A DNA stretch of 64,000 bases from Fibrobacteria bacterium (GTDB lineage Bacteria > Fibrobacterota > Fibrobacteria > UBA11236): NCBI GenBank assembly GCA_043745805.1, contig JAYTSD010000017.1, positions 32,001 through 96,000 of the forward strand, given 5' to 3'. The notes beneath the pieces were generated by a model. That model searched no databases. It was not told the DNA's origin and saw only the letters and a list, made by a program, of their open reading frames with translations. Shown piece by piece: positions 38,968-48,625 of the stretch (its first letter is position 1; the number at the start of each line of letters is the position of its first letter). The translations under genes were made by a program, and so were the position numbers.

Positions 38968-41025
38968 ATGCAAATTCAGCGAGTTTTAATTTTCATGGCA
39001 TTATTGTCCCATGCGATTTTTGCACAACAAGTTTGTGATTTGACTTTTACCGATTGTCCAAAAACTTTTAATGGAAAAACCTTGGTGGTGGGCAATGATA
39101 TTAAATCCATTGCTGCGAAAATAAGATATTGTACGGAAGGTCAAGTGGTTTCAGGTGGAACAAGTGAGCCAGTTTCCATTGTTTTTATAATTGATAATTC
39201 AGGAAGTATGCGCGGCGGAGATGGCAATGATCCATCAAATGCTCGATTTAATGTTGTTCCTGAATTGATTGATACGCTTTATAAAATTTCACCAGATGTC
39301 GAAGTCGGATTGGTTGTATTTACCAGACGTCTTTTATTTGATGATAGAGTAAATCCTTATTTTAAATCACTATTTAATGATGGTGTTCAACATGACGGTT
39401 ATGTCCCGCTCACTGCACTGAACAAATCATTTGGCAATGGCAAATTAGGTGTAGATACATTAAAAGCATTTTTAAAAATCAATCCCAATGTTGATCTTGT
39501 AAATGGCTTAAATGAGTCCAATAGATATGCATTTACAAATGGACGTAGAACAAATGCGAATGCGAATGACAGTACTAATATTAAAGACGGTACAGATATA
39601 AACCTTGGTTTTGAGGCCGCGAGAGCCGCTATGGCAAGTTCAAAATTTACGGATAAAAATAAACATTTTTTTATTTTCCTATCCGATGGCGAACCTTCTG
39701 GAGTAGATAAAGGCCGACCAGCACAAGATTTGTTTAGATATGGAAGAAATGTACCCACTACTTTCACCATATTTTTTAATAAAGATCCTAAAGCACCTGC
39801 CCCTGGATTAATTACGGAGATGACGGATAGCATTAAAATTAATCACTACTCAACCATCAGCAATCCTAAAAGCAAAGTGACCACTAGTGCTAATCCTAAA
39901 AATGAACTAAAACAAATTCTTTTTCAAAATGTATTCTCTAACATCATTGTAAACAGCAAAGCCAATCAATTTACGCTCAATGATCGCGTATCAACCACTT
40001 CCGACGGTACAGATTTTACCTTTAGCAAGCGCTATCCGTTAAATGCCGACAAAACCGATGTCAAAATGCAAATCAGTTATAACTATAGCGATAATAATGT
40101 GGTTAAGTCAAAAACTGATACCATTAACTTTACCGTGCAGCGCAGTGCCACAGCCACTTTGGCACCAGGATTGGATGCAGTTTGTCATGCTCCCGCCACG
40201 GTAGCGCTTTATTCCAATGGCCAACCCATTACCACGGTTTTGGATGAACAAAAAACTTTGGAAGCGCGTGTTACCTTGCCTACTGGGGAAACTTGCATAG
40301 GTTGCTTTACCACCTTAAGTTCAAGCAATGGAACCGACATTGAAAAATTAAATTTGGCAGCGAACAAAACAATTCTTTCCGGAAACTTTAATCGTTCTAT
40401 TAATTCAAATCCTTCTAAAAATGGTGCGTTAGAGCATGCCGAAACAGATAATATTATTTTAGTTTATCACAATGCCGACGTCCCTTTGGATACGATACGC
40501 GTAAGTTACCCTTTTAAATTTATCCCTCTGATTCCAGGCGATTTAGTAGTGTCAAACCATAATACGGTAGCTAAACCTCAAATCAGTGAAATGTCAAATG
40601 ATTCCCATCAATGGACATTAGTGGGGCCATCTAATTTGCAAGTTGAAAGTAGTGATGCTACTAAGTGCTGTAAAATAATTGATGCCGAGCATGCCAAAAC
40701 AGAATTCTCTTCTTATGTCGGTTTTGTTTTGCAGGCTTCTCGTGCTTTTTCCGTGGATGTAAAAGTCTTCGATCATTTGGGATTGTATATCAATAAATTG
40801 CATTTAAAAGTTTCACAAAATGAATTTGATAAATTGCCTAAAGGCTCAACAAAGGGCACGAGCACTCTAAGTTTATTATGGAATAGTCGCACTGAGGACG
40901 GTGGCTTTGTGGGAACCGGCGTGTATATTTTTAAAACACAGATGCATTTAGAGCCTTTAGCAGGGGCGAAAGATGCGGATAGTAGCTTTGTGCGCACTTA
41001 TGGAGTACTTCGAGCTAGCTATTAA
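38968..41025 (+). CDS. Secreted von Willebrand factor A domain protein with C-terminal sorting-like domain
   Basis: Signal peptide ending IFA; MIDAS IIDNSGSM, GTDI and FLSDGEP; tail VKVFDHLG...LLWNSRTEDGGFVGTGVYIFK. Confidence 0.8.
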   Translation: MQIQRVLIFMALLSHAIFAQQVCDLTFTDCPKTFNGKTLVVGNDIKSIAAKIRYCTEGQVVSGGTSEPVSIVFIIDNSGSMRGGDGNDPSNARFNVVPELIDTLYKISPDVEVGLVVFTRRLLFDDRVNPYFKSLFNDGVQHDGYVPLTALNKSFGNGKLGVDTLKAFLKINPNVDLVNGLNESNRYAFTNGRRTNANANDSTNIKDGTDINLGFEAARAAMASSKFTDKNKHFFIFLSDGEPSGVDKGRPAQDLFRYGRNVPTTFTIFFNKDPKAPAPGLITEMTDSIKINHYSTISNPKSKVTTSANPKNELKQILFQNVFSNIIVNSKANQFTLNDRVSTTSDGTDFTFSKRYPLNADKTDVKMQISYNYSDNNVVKSKTDTINFTVQRSATATLAPGLDAVCHAPATVALYSNGQPITTVLDEQKTLEARVTLPTGETCIGCFTTLSSSNGTDIEKLNLAANKTILSGNFNRSINSNPSKNGALEHAETDNIILVYHNADVPLDTIRVSYPFKFIPLIPGDLVVSNHNTVAKPQISEMSNDSHQWTLVGPSNLQVESSDATKCCKIIDAEHAKTEFSSYVGFVLQASRAFSVDVKVFDHLGLYINKLHLKVSQNEFDKLPKGSTKGTSTLSLLWNSRTEDGGFVGTGVYIFKTQMHLEPLAGAKDADSSFVRTYGVLRASY

Positions 41026-41090
41026 TTTTTAAGAATTTTCAGCATTTATTTTTTACCTTTTCTCCGTGGTTTATTAACCAAGGAGAAAAC

Positions 41091-42209
41091 ATGTCGATTG
41101 ATGTGTCTGCTATTGAGTCACTCGAAAAAAAGACGCCGCTATTTGCGGAACATGTAGCCTTAGGTGGCAAAATGGTTCCTTTTGCTGGTTTTTCTATGCC
41201 CGTACAATATTCCGGAATACGAGTTGAACATGATGCAGTGCGACAAAAACTAGGTCTATTTGATGTTTCACATATGGGCAATATTTTTGTGCAAGGCAAG
41301 GCCGCATTATCTTTTTTACAAATGTTAACTGTAAATAATGTGGAAAAATTGCTCCCCTTTAATGTGCAATATTCTGCTTTTTGTTACTCCAATGGCACCG
41401 TACTCGACGATATTTTAGTCTATAACTTAGGCAATAATACCTATCATATTGTGGTCAATGCTTCGAATATCAGTAAGGCTTGGGCTTGGTTAAACGAGCA
41501 TTTACTTCCTGAAGTATCTTTGCATAATGCCAGTGAAGAGCTGGGTATTTTGTCTTTACAAGGCCCCTTTTCGGAACAAGTGGCACAAAAAATTTGCGCA
41601 TTGAATTTATCGGATGTGAAATATTATTCGGCTTTTAGAACCGAAGTGAATGGTGTGAATATGTTGGTAAGTCGCACGGGATATACCGGAGAAGACGGCT
41701 TTGAATTTTTTCCTGAGAATGTTGACGCACGAAATTTATGGAAAAAATTAATCGAGCTAGGTTCCGAATATGGTATACTGCCCATAGGACTGGGAGCGAG
41801 AGATACCTTGCGATTAGAAGCGGGATATTCTTTATATGGCCATGAACTTTCGGATCAAACGAATTTATTAGAGGCCGGCTTAAGTTGGATTACGGATTTA
41901 AATAAATCTGATTTTATCGGCAAAGCAAGCTTAGTGCAAAAAAAAGCAAGTGGCTTGCAACAGAAAATTGTGGGCTTAGAATTATTAGAAAAAGGCATTC
42001 CTCGTGAGGGTTGCGATGTAGAATATCAAGGCGTGAAGGTCGGGCAATTAACCAGTGGTACAATGTCACCTACGCTTATAAAGGGAATTGGCCTAGCTTA
42101 TCTTCAATCCAATTTAACCGTAATAGGTCAAGAGGTGAATGTGGTGATTCGTGAACAAAGAAAAAAAGCAAAAGTTGTAAGTCGTTATTTTTATAGAAGG
42201 AAGAAGTGA
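41091..42209 (+). CDS. gcvT: Glycine cleavage system aminomethyltransferase T
   Basis: KTPL..H; FAGFSMPVQY; EHDAVR..GLFDVSHMG; SRTGYTGEDGFE; GLGARDTLRLEAG. Confidence 0.95.
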   Translation: MSIDVSAIESLEKKTPLFAEHVALGGKMVPFAGFSMPVQYSGIRVEHDAVRQKLGLFDVSHMGNIFVQGKAALSFLQMLTVNNVEKLLPFNVQYSAFCYSNGTVLDDILVYNLGNNTYHIVVNASNISKAWAWLNEHLLPEVSLHNASEELGILSLQGPFSEQVAQKICALNLSDVKYYSAFRTEVNGVNMLVSRTGYTGEDGFEFFPENVDARNLWKKLIELGSEYGILPIGLGARDTLRLEAGYSLYGHELSDQTNLLEAGLSWITDLNKSDFIGKASLVQKKASGLQQKIVGLELLEKGIPREGCDVEYQGVKVGQLTSGTMSPTLIKGIGLAYLQSNLTVIGQEVNVVIREQRKKAKVVSRYFYRRKK

Positions 42210-42210
42210 A

Positions 42211-44985
42211 TTGGCGGTAAAAACAGCCGGCAAAAGCCCCAAAGAAAAAAAATCATCTATAGCGACAGTGTCTTCCAAAAAGAAAAAAAAGGGAGATACC
42301 AAAGAACAGTCGAAAGAACATGCGCCTACGCGTTTAGAAATTCCCGGACTTTTTTTGCTTTCTATTGCATTAATCTCGGTAATAGCTTTACTTTCCGAGT
42401 TTGTAAAATTCAGTGGAAATAATTTATTAGGTCCTTATTTGGGGGAGTGGTGGGCCTATACTTTAAATGCTACCGTCGGTAGTTTACCTATATTATTCCT
42501 TTTAACGGCTATTAGCATTTTAGGGTTTAAATGGATTTGGCCGCGAGAGGAAAGACATTACAAATTCGTGTATGTTTTTCTGTTATTATTTCTTTCGTCG
42601 GGCCTGTTATTAAGCGTCCATAATATTCCTAAGCCATTGCTCTTGGCCACCGACTATTCACTTTCGGGTGGTTATGTGGGTAATTTTTTAGTGCAAACTT
42701 TTTTTATTCCCTTATTTGGTAAAACTCAATTTGGGCCTTATTTAATAACCTCTCTAGCGATTCTCTTTACCTTGGTTTGGGGCTATAAAGTGAGCGTTGC
42801 CGCAGTGGTGGAAAAAGGTGGCGTCTTGATGGGGAGCTTAGTCTATCCGGTTTTTGACGGTTTAGCGAAGCACAAAAAAGATCGTAATGAGAAAAAATTA
42901 CAAGCGCAAAGCGAAGCGGCTTTGATTGCCTCACTTTCTCCCTTAGAAGCGGCGACTTTACCGACACGAAAGCGCCTTAAAAAAGAAAATATCTTAGCAC
43001 CCGAAAAAGAAAATCCCAATAAAATTAAGGAAACTGGAACGTTACCTACTCTTCTGGCTAGGGATATAGAAATGGAGGACGAAGAAGATTATGCCGAAGA
43101 AGATGATGGTATTGACTACTCCGATCCTTTAGCGGTGCGAAAATCACGCGATTTAAATTTAGAACGTCAACGAGTTACGGAACTTAATGAATGGGAACAA
43201 AAAAGTCGAAGTCCTGAAATTGCCGGTCTTTTACTTAAAGAAAAGCTTAAGGAAAACCTCCATGATAAAGACAGTCATGGCAAAGAAGTAAAAGGTAAAG
43301 AAACGGGTAAAGAAATTAAAAGTGGTAAATCCGAAGCGCCTCATAATGAAAATAATGATTTGCGGGGAGTGGAGAATATTCCAGTCGATGGGGATGCATT
43401 TGGTGAAGAAGCGGATGTAGAGGAAGAAACCTTTGCGCCAATAATACCAATGAAAAAAGCTGCCGCGCGAGGATCTATTCCCAAGCCTGAACAGAATACT
43501 CCGCAGGTTAAATATGATAAATATATGGTTCCAAGTTTGAATACCATGTTTAAAGATCCACCCGTGCAAGCCGTTGAATTTACCGAAGACGAATTGCGTG
43601 AGCAAAGTAAAATGTTAGAAGCGCAATTGCTTAATTTTAAAGTGATGGGCAAGGTCATGCAAATTTGTCCGGGGCCAGTTATTACACGCTATGAATTGGA
43701 ATTAGCTCCTGGTGTAAAAGTTAATCGTATTAGTAGTTTGGCCGATGATTTAGCCTTAGCACTTAAAGCCAAAAGCATTCGCATCCTGGCACCTATACCT
43801 GGTAAATCCTTAGTTGGTGTGGAAGTCCCCAATCGCAAGGCGCAAATTGTTTATATCAAAGATATTCTTCAATGCACAGAGTTTAGTACCGAAGAAGACA
43901 CTTTAAAAATTTGTTTAGGCAAAACCGTTGCGGGTGATCCTTATGTGATGGATTTAACACGTGCGCCACATTTATTAATAGCTGGACAAACGGGATCGGG
44001 AAAATCAGTTTGCATAAATAGTATTATGGCTTCCTTTTTATGTTCTAAAACACCCGATGAATTGCGCATGATATTAGTCGATCCCAAAGTGGTTGAACTT
44101 AAACCTTATGATGAAATTCCACATTTACTTTATCCTGTGATTACTCAGCCTGAAGTGGCGGTACAGGCTTTGAAATGGTCAACCTATGAAATGGATAGAC
44201 GTTATGAAGTTTTAGCGCTTTGTGGGGTGCGTAACATTAAGGGCTTCAATCAAAAATTTCGCGAAGGCAAATTAAGCGAGAAATTAGATGAAGCCGACAG
44301 TAATCTCATGCCCTATATTGTTATTGTGATCGATGAATTAGCAGATCTTATGATGGTAGCAGGCAAAGAAGTGGAAACAAATATCGCGCGCATTGCCCAA
44401 AAGGCACGCGCCGTGGGTATTCATTTGATTTTAGCAACGCAACGCCCATCTACTAATGTTATTACAGGAACGATTAAAGCCAATTTACCGACACGCATTG
44501 CTTTCCAAGTAGCAAGTCAAATCGATGCGCGTACCATTATGGATAAAATGGGTGCGGAAAAACTTTTGGGACGTGGGGATATGCTTTTTCGTCCTATTGA
44601 ATTTCCCGAACCTATGCGTTTACATGGATGTTACCTCGATGATGACCAAGCGCAAGAATTGGCCAAGGCCGCTTCCCAGCAACATGTGAATTATCCGCAA
44701 TTACCAACTTTTAATTTGGACGATGATCCCAGTAGTATGGAAAGTTCAGATGAACCGCGTGATGCTAAATTTCGCGATGCGGCAGAATTAGTGGTTCAGC
44801 TTAAACAAGCCTCCGTGTCCTTATTACAAAGGCGCCTAGGCATAGGTTATGCTCGTTCGGGCCGTTTAGTGGATCAATTGGAGCGTGCAGGCATTGTGGG
44901 TCGTGAACGAGGAAGTAAACCTCGCGAAGTGCTCATGACTGAAGAAGAATTAAATTCATTTTTATCTTCCGGTTTAAACGACTAA
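42211..44985 (+). CDS. ftsK: DNA translocase FtsK
   Basis: N-terminal TM domain, acidic linker, PHLLIAGQTGSGKS Walker A, IDELADLMM, ATQRPS, AEKLLGRGDML, gamma domain SVSLLQRRLGIGY; TTG start. Confidence 0.95.
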   Translation: MAVKTAGKSPKEKKSSIATVSSKKKKKGDTKEQSKEHAPTRLEIPGLFLLSIALISVIALLSEFVKFSGNNLLGPYLGEWWAYTLNATVGSLPILFLLTAISILGFKWIWPREERHYKFVYVFLLLFLSSGLLLSVHNIPKPLLLATDYSLSGGYVGNFLVQTFFIPLFGKTQFGPYLITSLAILFTLVWGYKVSVAAVVEKGGVLMGSLVYPVFDGLAKHKKDRNEKKLQAQSEAALIASLSPLEAATLPTRKRLKKENILAPEKENPNKIKETGTLPTLLARDIEMEDEEDYAEEDDGIDYSDPLAVRKSRDLNLERQRVTELNEWEQKSRSPEIAGLLLKEKLKENLHDKDSHGKEVKGKETGKEIKSGKSEAPHNENNDLRGVENIPVDGDAFGEEADVEEETFAPIIPMKKAAARGSIPKPEQNTPQVKYDKYMVPSLNTMFKDPPVQAVEFTEDELREQSKMLEAQLLNFKVMGKVMQICPGPVITRYELELAPGVKVNRISSLADDLALALKAKSIRILAPIPGKSLVGVEVPNRKAQIVYIKDILQCTEFSTEEDTLKICLGKTVAGDPYVMDLTRAPHLLIAGQTGSGKSVCINSIMASFLCSKTPDELRMILVDPKVVELKPYDEIPHLLYPVITQPEVAVQALKWSTYEMDRRYEVLALCGVRNIKGFNQKFREGKLSEKLDEADSNLMPYIVIVIDELADLMMVAGKEVETNIARIAQKARAVGIHLILATQRPSTNVITGTIKANLPTRIAFQVASQIDARTIMDKMGAEKLLGRGDMLFRPIEFPEPMRLHGCYLDDDQAQELAKAASQQHVNYPQLPTFNLDDDPSSMESSDEPRDAKFRDAAELVVQLKQASVSLLQRRLGIGYARSGRLVDQLERAGIVGRERGSKPREVLMTEEELNSFLSSGLND

Positions 44986-45167
44986 CCTCTACTTAAGCTC
45001 AAACTTCACCAGTAAGATTTTTGACCTTTCAAATTCCCCAAAGTTAAAGTGGCGTATTTAACATAAAATCCGGATTATCAAAAACTGTATTTCAAAGCTA
45101 AAAGGGTTTTGATTATAGTTATAAGAAGTATTTTATGCTTTGGCGATCCTAGTGTACAATAGTTTCG

Positions 45168-45989
45168 ATGGCGCCACTGTTAATCTTAATCGGTAAAATT
45201 TTTCGCAGATCCTATGTTGGGCATATTCTCGAACTAGGAGTGGATGCCTCTTGGTGTTTATTTACCCGCGGCGGCAATCGCAAAAATAATCTCGAACATT
45301 TTCTTTCGCAACTTTACTTTACCGGAGTCGAAGCCTTGCCTTTAATAGCTTTTTTGGCGGTGGTTATTGGGAGCGCAACCATTTTACAAGCGGTAACGGT
45401 AATGCCCAAAATTGGTGCAGGGGATTATTTCGGTAATGTGATGGTGGTGGTGGTGATTCGCGAAGTGGGACCTTTGTTTACCGCCTTTTTGGTGGCCGGA
45501 CGCACAGGATCGGCTTTGTCCACTTATTTAGGTAACATGCAAGTGCAGCAAGAAATTGACGCGCTGCGCACCTTAGGTATCGATCCAGTACGTTATCTAA
45601 TATTTCCTTCCTTTGCAGCGACGGTAATTGCCATGTTTTGTTTAACTGTGTTTTTTAATTTAGTCGCCATTTTCGGTGGTTTTTTTGTGGTCAAAACGTT
45701 AAGTATTTTTCTGCCGAATCTGTCCGGAGTAGAATTGTCACTCTCCATTTTTTTGGATAGAATTTTAGCCTCTATGGGATTAATGGATGGTCTTTTAGGT
45801 ATTGTTAAACCGGTGTTCTTTGGTTTTTTAGTATCGATCATTGCATGTTACCATGGTATGGCCGTAGGAAATGATATTCGTGACGTCCCCAAAGCTACGA
45901 CGCGAGGTGTAGTAAACTCCTTTGTTTTCATTATTTTATTTGATTCTATTTTTGCCATTCCTTTCTTAGCACAGTTGGAGATTTTATGA
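45168..45989 (+). CDS. mlaE: MlaE-family ABC transporter permease
   Basis: IREVGPLFTAFLVAGRTGSA..LGNMQVQQEIDAL..LGIDPVRYL; ATTRGVV. Confidence 0.9.
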   Translation: MAPLLILIGKIFRRSYVGHILELGVDASWCLFTRGGNRKNNLEHFLSQLYFTGVEALPLIAFLAVVIGSATILQAVTVMPKIGAGDYFGNVMVVVVIREVGPLFTAFLVAGRTGSALSTYLGNMQVQQEIDALRTLGIDPVRYLIFPSFAATVIAMFCLTVFFNLVAIFGGFFVVKTLSIFLPNLSGVELSLSIFLDRILASMGLMDGLLGIVKPVFFGFLVSIIACYHGMAVGNDIRDVPKATTRGVVNSFVFIILFDSIFAIPFLAQLEIL

Positions 45990-46747
45990 GTGCTATGATA
46001 TCGGTGCGTAATTTAAAATTTGGATACCCTGATCAAGAACCAATTTTGAAAGGTGTAAATTTTAATTTGTTACCTGGGCAGATATTATTTGTTTGTGGAA
46101 TGAGTGGCCAAGGGAAAAGTACTTTGCTGCGTTTACTAATGGGTCTCGAAAAGCCGAGTGGGGGATTGATTCATATTTTTAATCGTGATATTACCTTATT
46201 AAGCGCTGCGGAATTTAATCAATTAAAAACCCAAGTTGGCTTTGTCTTTCAAAATCCAGCTTTGCTCGCCAATAAAACCGTATGGGAAAATGTGGCTTTG
46301 CCTTTGCAATATCATAATATTGGCGATGAAGATGAAATTCAAAATCGGGTGGATAATGCACTGGAAATGTTACTGATAAAAGAATATCAGCATGAATATC
46401 CTGCAAAATTAAGCCTTGGAATTTTAAAACGTGCTGCGGTGGCGAGAGCCATGATTACCAGACCTAAAGTGGTTTTAATGGATGAACCCACGGCGGGCCT
46501 AGATAGAATTAGTCGATCCGTTTTATTAGCATTAATAGGAAATATTCGTCGGATTAATAATGTAGCGATGATTATCGTGACGCATGATTTAATGGCCGCA
46601 CGAGAATTAGAAGGTGAAATTGGAGTATTACGTGAAGGTGAAATATTGGAGCCTATGGGTTATGAACAATTAAAAACTTGCCAAGATTCTTTTGTGGAAT
46701 ATCTCTTTCGCATTCTTGAAGGGGAATCGATGGAGCGTGCCGTATGA
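45986..46747 (+). CDS. mlaF: MlaF-family ABC transporter ATP-binding protein
   Basis: Walker A GMSGQGKST; Q-loop VFQ; variant signature LSLGILKR; DEPTAGLD; VTHD. Confidence 0.88.
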   Translation: MSAMISVRNLKFGYPDQEPILKGVNFNLLPGQILFVCGMSGQGKSTLLRLLMGLEKPSGGLIHIFNRDITLLSAAEFNQLKTQVGFVFQNPALLANKTVWENVALPLQYHNIGDEDEIQNRVDNALEMLLIKEYQHEYPAKLSLGILKRAAVARAMITRPKVVLMDEPTAGLDRISRSVLLALIGNIRRINNVAMIIVTHDLMAARELEGEIGVLREGEILEPMGYEQLKTCQDSFVEYLFRILEGESMERAV

Positions 46748-47694
46748 AAATTTATTGGCATCAACATAAAAATCTATTAGTGGGGTTTATGGTCACAGCG
46801 GCTGCGATCACTTTTTTAGTAACCTTACTTTTTCTTTTGCATCGCAAAGGGGTTTTCGAAATTCAATATCGTTTAAATGCGGTATTTGAAAGTGGTGTTG
46901 GACTGCGTGAAGGGGCCGATGTACAATTTAATGGCGTCAAAATTGGGCGTGTAGAAGCCGTACATCTTTTTAAAGGCGATAGCAGTTGGCAGGCGATGGG
47001 CAAAGTGGTTTTACGTTTAGCTATCGATAAAAAATACCAAGGATTTATTACTGATAAATCGGTTGCATTTGCTTTGCGGGACAAAAATTTGGTGAGTGAT
47101 AGGGTAGTGAATATTGAAAATTTAGGTCCCTCGCATGGGCATTTGCAAGATAATGATACAATTGCCGTATCGGATTCACGGGATATTGAATCGGTATTAA
47201 GTGCCTTAACCAAACTGATGAATAAAACCGATCAATTATTGGGACGTATGAATCAGGTGGTACAGATGAGTTTGGATCCACATAGTACTGTAGGTGCCTT
47301 GTTAGGATCGCGTGATTTATACGATAGATTCTCCTTAAGTCTCGATAGAATGGACACTGCAATGGGAGAGGGAAAACATTTGTTTGTACGCTTACAAGGT
47401 TTAGAAGGAAAATTATCTGCAACTTTGCCCAGCGTTTTAAGTCATGTAGACAGCACTGCCTATCATTTGTTACGTACCTCACAAGAAGCGGAAAAATTAA
47501 GTACTCATGCTAATTTATTAGCAGATCAAGGTGAAGGCATTTTGAAAAAAACCGATCATTTGTTGAGCGAAGGCGCTGGAAAATTAGAGCAAGCAGGCGA
47601 TTTAATGGATGCGGTTTCGCAATTTTGGTTTATTCGTCACAAACTAGAACAAAAAGGGGATTACCCTTTACTCTCTAATGAATTAGGGCCTTAG
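46744..47694 (+). CDS. mlaD: MlaD/MCE-family protein with long helical C-terminal region
   Basis: N-terminal TM anchor; GLREGADVQFNGVKIGRV MCE motif; heptad-rich C-terminal half. Confidence 0.82.
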   Translation: MKIYWHQHKNLLVGFMVTAAAITFLVTLLFLLHRKGVFEIQYRLNAVFESGVGLREGADVQFNGVKIGRVEAVHLFKGDSSWQAMGKVVLRLAIDKKYQGFITDKSVAFALRDKNLVSDRVVNIENLGPSHGHLQDNDTIAVSDSRDIESVLSALTKLMNKTDQLLGRMNQVVQMSLDPHSTVGALLGSRDLYDRFSLSLDRMDTAMGEGKHLFVRLQGLEGKLSATLPSVLSHVDSTAYHLLRTSQEAEKLSTHANLLADQGEGILKKTDHLLSEGAGKLEQAGDLMDAVSQFWFIRHKLEQKGDYPLLSNELGP

Positions 47695-47695
47695 C

Positions 47696-48625
47696 ATGCA
47701 ATACTTAAGCCTATTTTTTTTCATGATTTTCCTGACTCCATTTTGGGCCATGGCTGGAGATACTTCACCAAAACTTTCGGGTCGAGGTTTACAAGCTTAT
47801 CATGCGGGAAAATACGATTTGGCCAAATTATTTTTTAACCAAGCTCTGCAAGATGCCGTATTAAAAGGCCATGAAGAATGGGTGGTTAAAAGCGCTTTAA
47901 ATTTAGTGGATTTGGAATTAGATGCGCAAAATACAGCCGAAGCCGCGAAAATCTTAAAAACCCTGCAACCCTCAGAAAATAAGGCTTTGCAAGGATTTAT
48001 TCTTTGGAAAAAATCGCAATGTAGCTTTTTAGATCATCAATTTGCAATGGCCTTAATGGAAATTGAAAAAGCCATGCCATTATTGCCCAATCATTCTCCA
48101 GAACTTATGGCTTTGCAATTTGATCAGTATAAATATTTATTAAGCGCTAAAAAATTTATTGCTCATAAAGAAGAGTATCAAAAATTTAAGGCGAGTCTTT
48201 CTAAAAAAGATCAGTGGCGAGCCTTACCCTTAGAGGCAAAGATTTTAATGAGTGAAAATAATTTTGGTGATGCAGCAAAAATTTGGAATGAATGTACCGC
48301 GAGTTATCGCGAAAAAGGACAATTACAAAAAACGGCGGCAAGCTTAAATCAATTGGCCATTTGTCAATTCCGCAATGGGCAAAAAGAATTAGCCAAGGAA
48401 GCGAATTCCAAAGCTATTGGCATTTATGGTGAACTAGGATTGCTTATACCAGGATTAAAGGCGCAAGCCTTAAAAATGAGTCTTACGGAAGATAAAACAG
48501 AACTTGCCAAATTACAGCAAGATATGGATCTTGTAGGTCAAAGAGTTTCTCAATTTGATTTACAAGAGGTCTTACATGAATATGCCCAGGTTTTGGCTAT
48601 TACTCAACCTACTCTTATGCAGTAG
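47696..48625 (+). CDS. Exported TPR-like helical repeat protein
   Basis: Signal peptide ending AMA; GLQAYHAGKYDLAKLFFNQAL and ASLNQLAICQFRNG TPR patterns. Confidence 0.65.
   Translation: MQYLSLFFFMIFLTPFWAMAGDTSPKLSGRGLQAYHAGKYDLAKLFFNQALQDAVLKGHEEWVVKSALNLVDLELDAQNTAEAAKILKTLQPSENKALQGFILWKKSQCSFLDHQFAMALMEIEKAMPLLPNHSPELMALQFDQYKYLLSAKKFIAHKEEYQKFKASLSKKDQWRALPLEAKILMSENNFGDAAKIWNECTASYREKGQLQKTAASLNQLAICQFRNGQKELAKEANSKAIGIYGELGLLIPGLKAQALKMSLTEDKTELAKLQQDMDLVGQRVSQFDLQEVLHEYAQVLAITQPTLMQ

Noticed and set aside
41026-41090. Glycine riboswitch upstream of gcvT
   Set aside because: The intergenic space is only 65 bp and shows no aptamer motifs.
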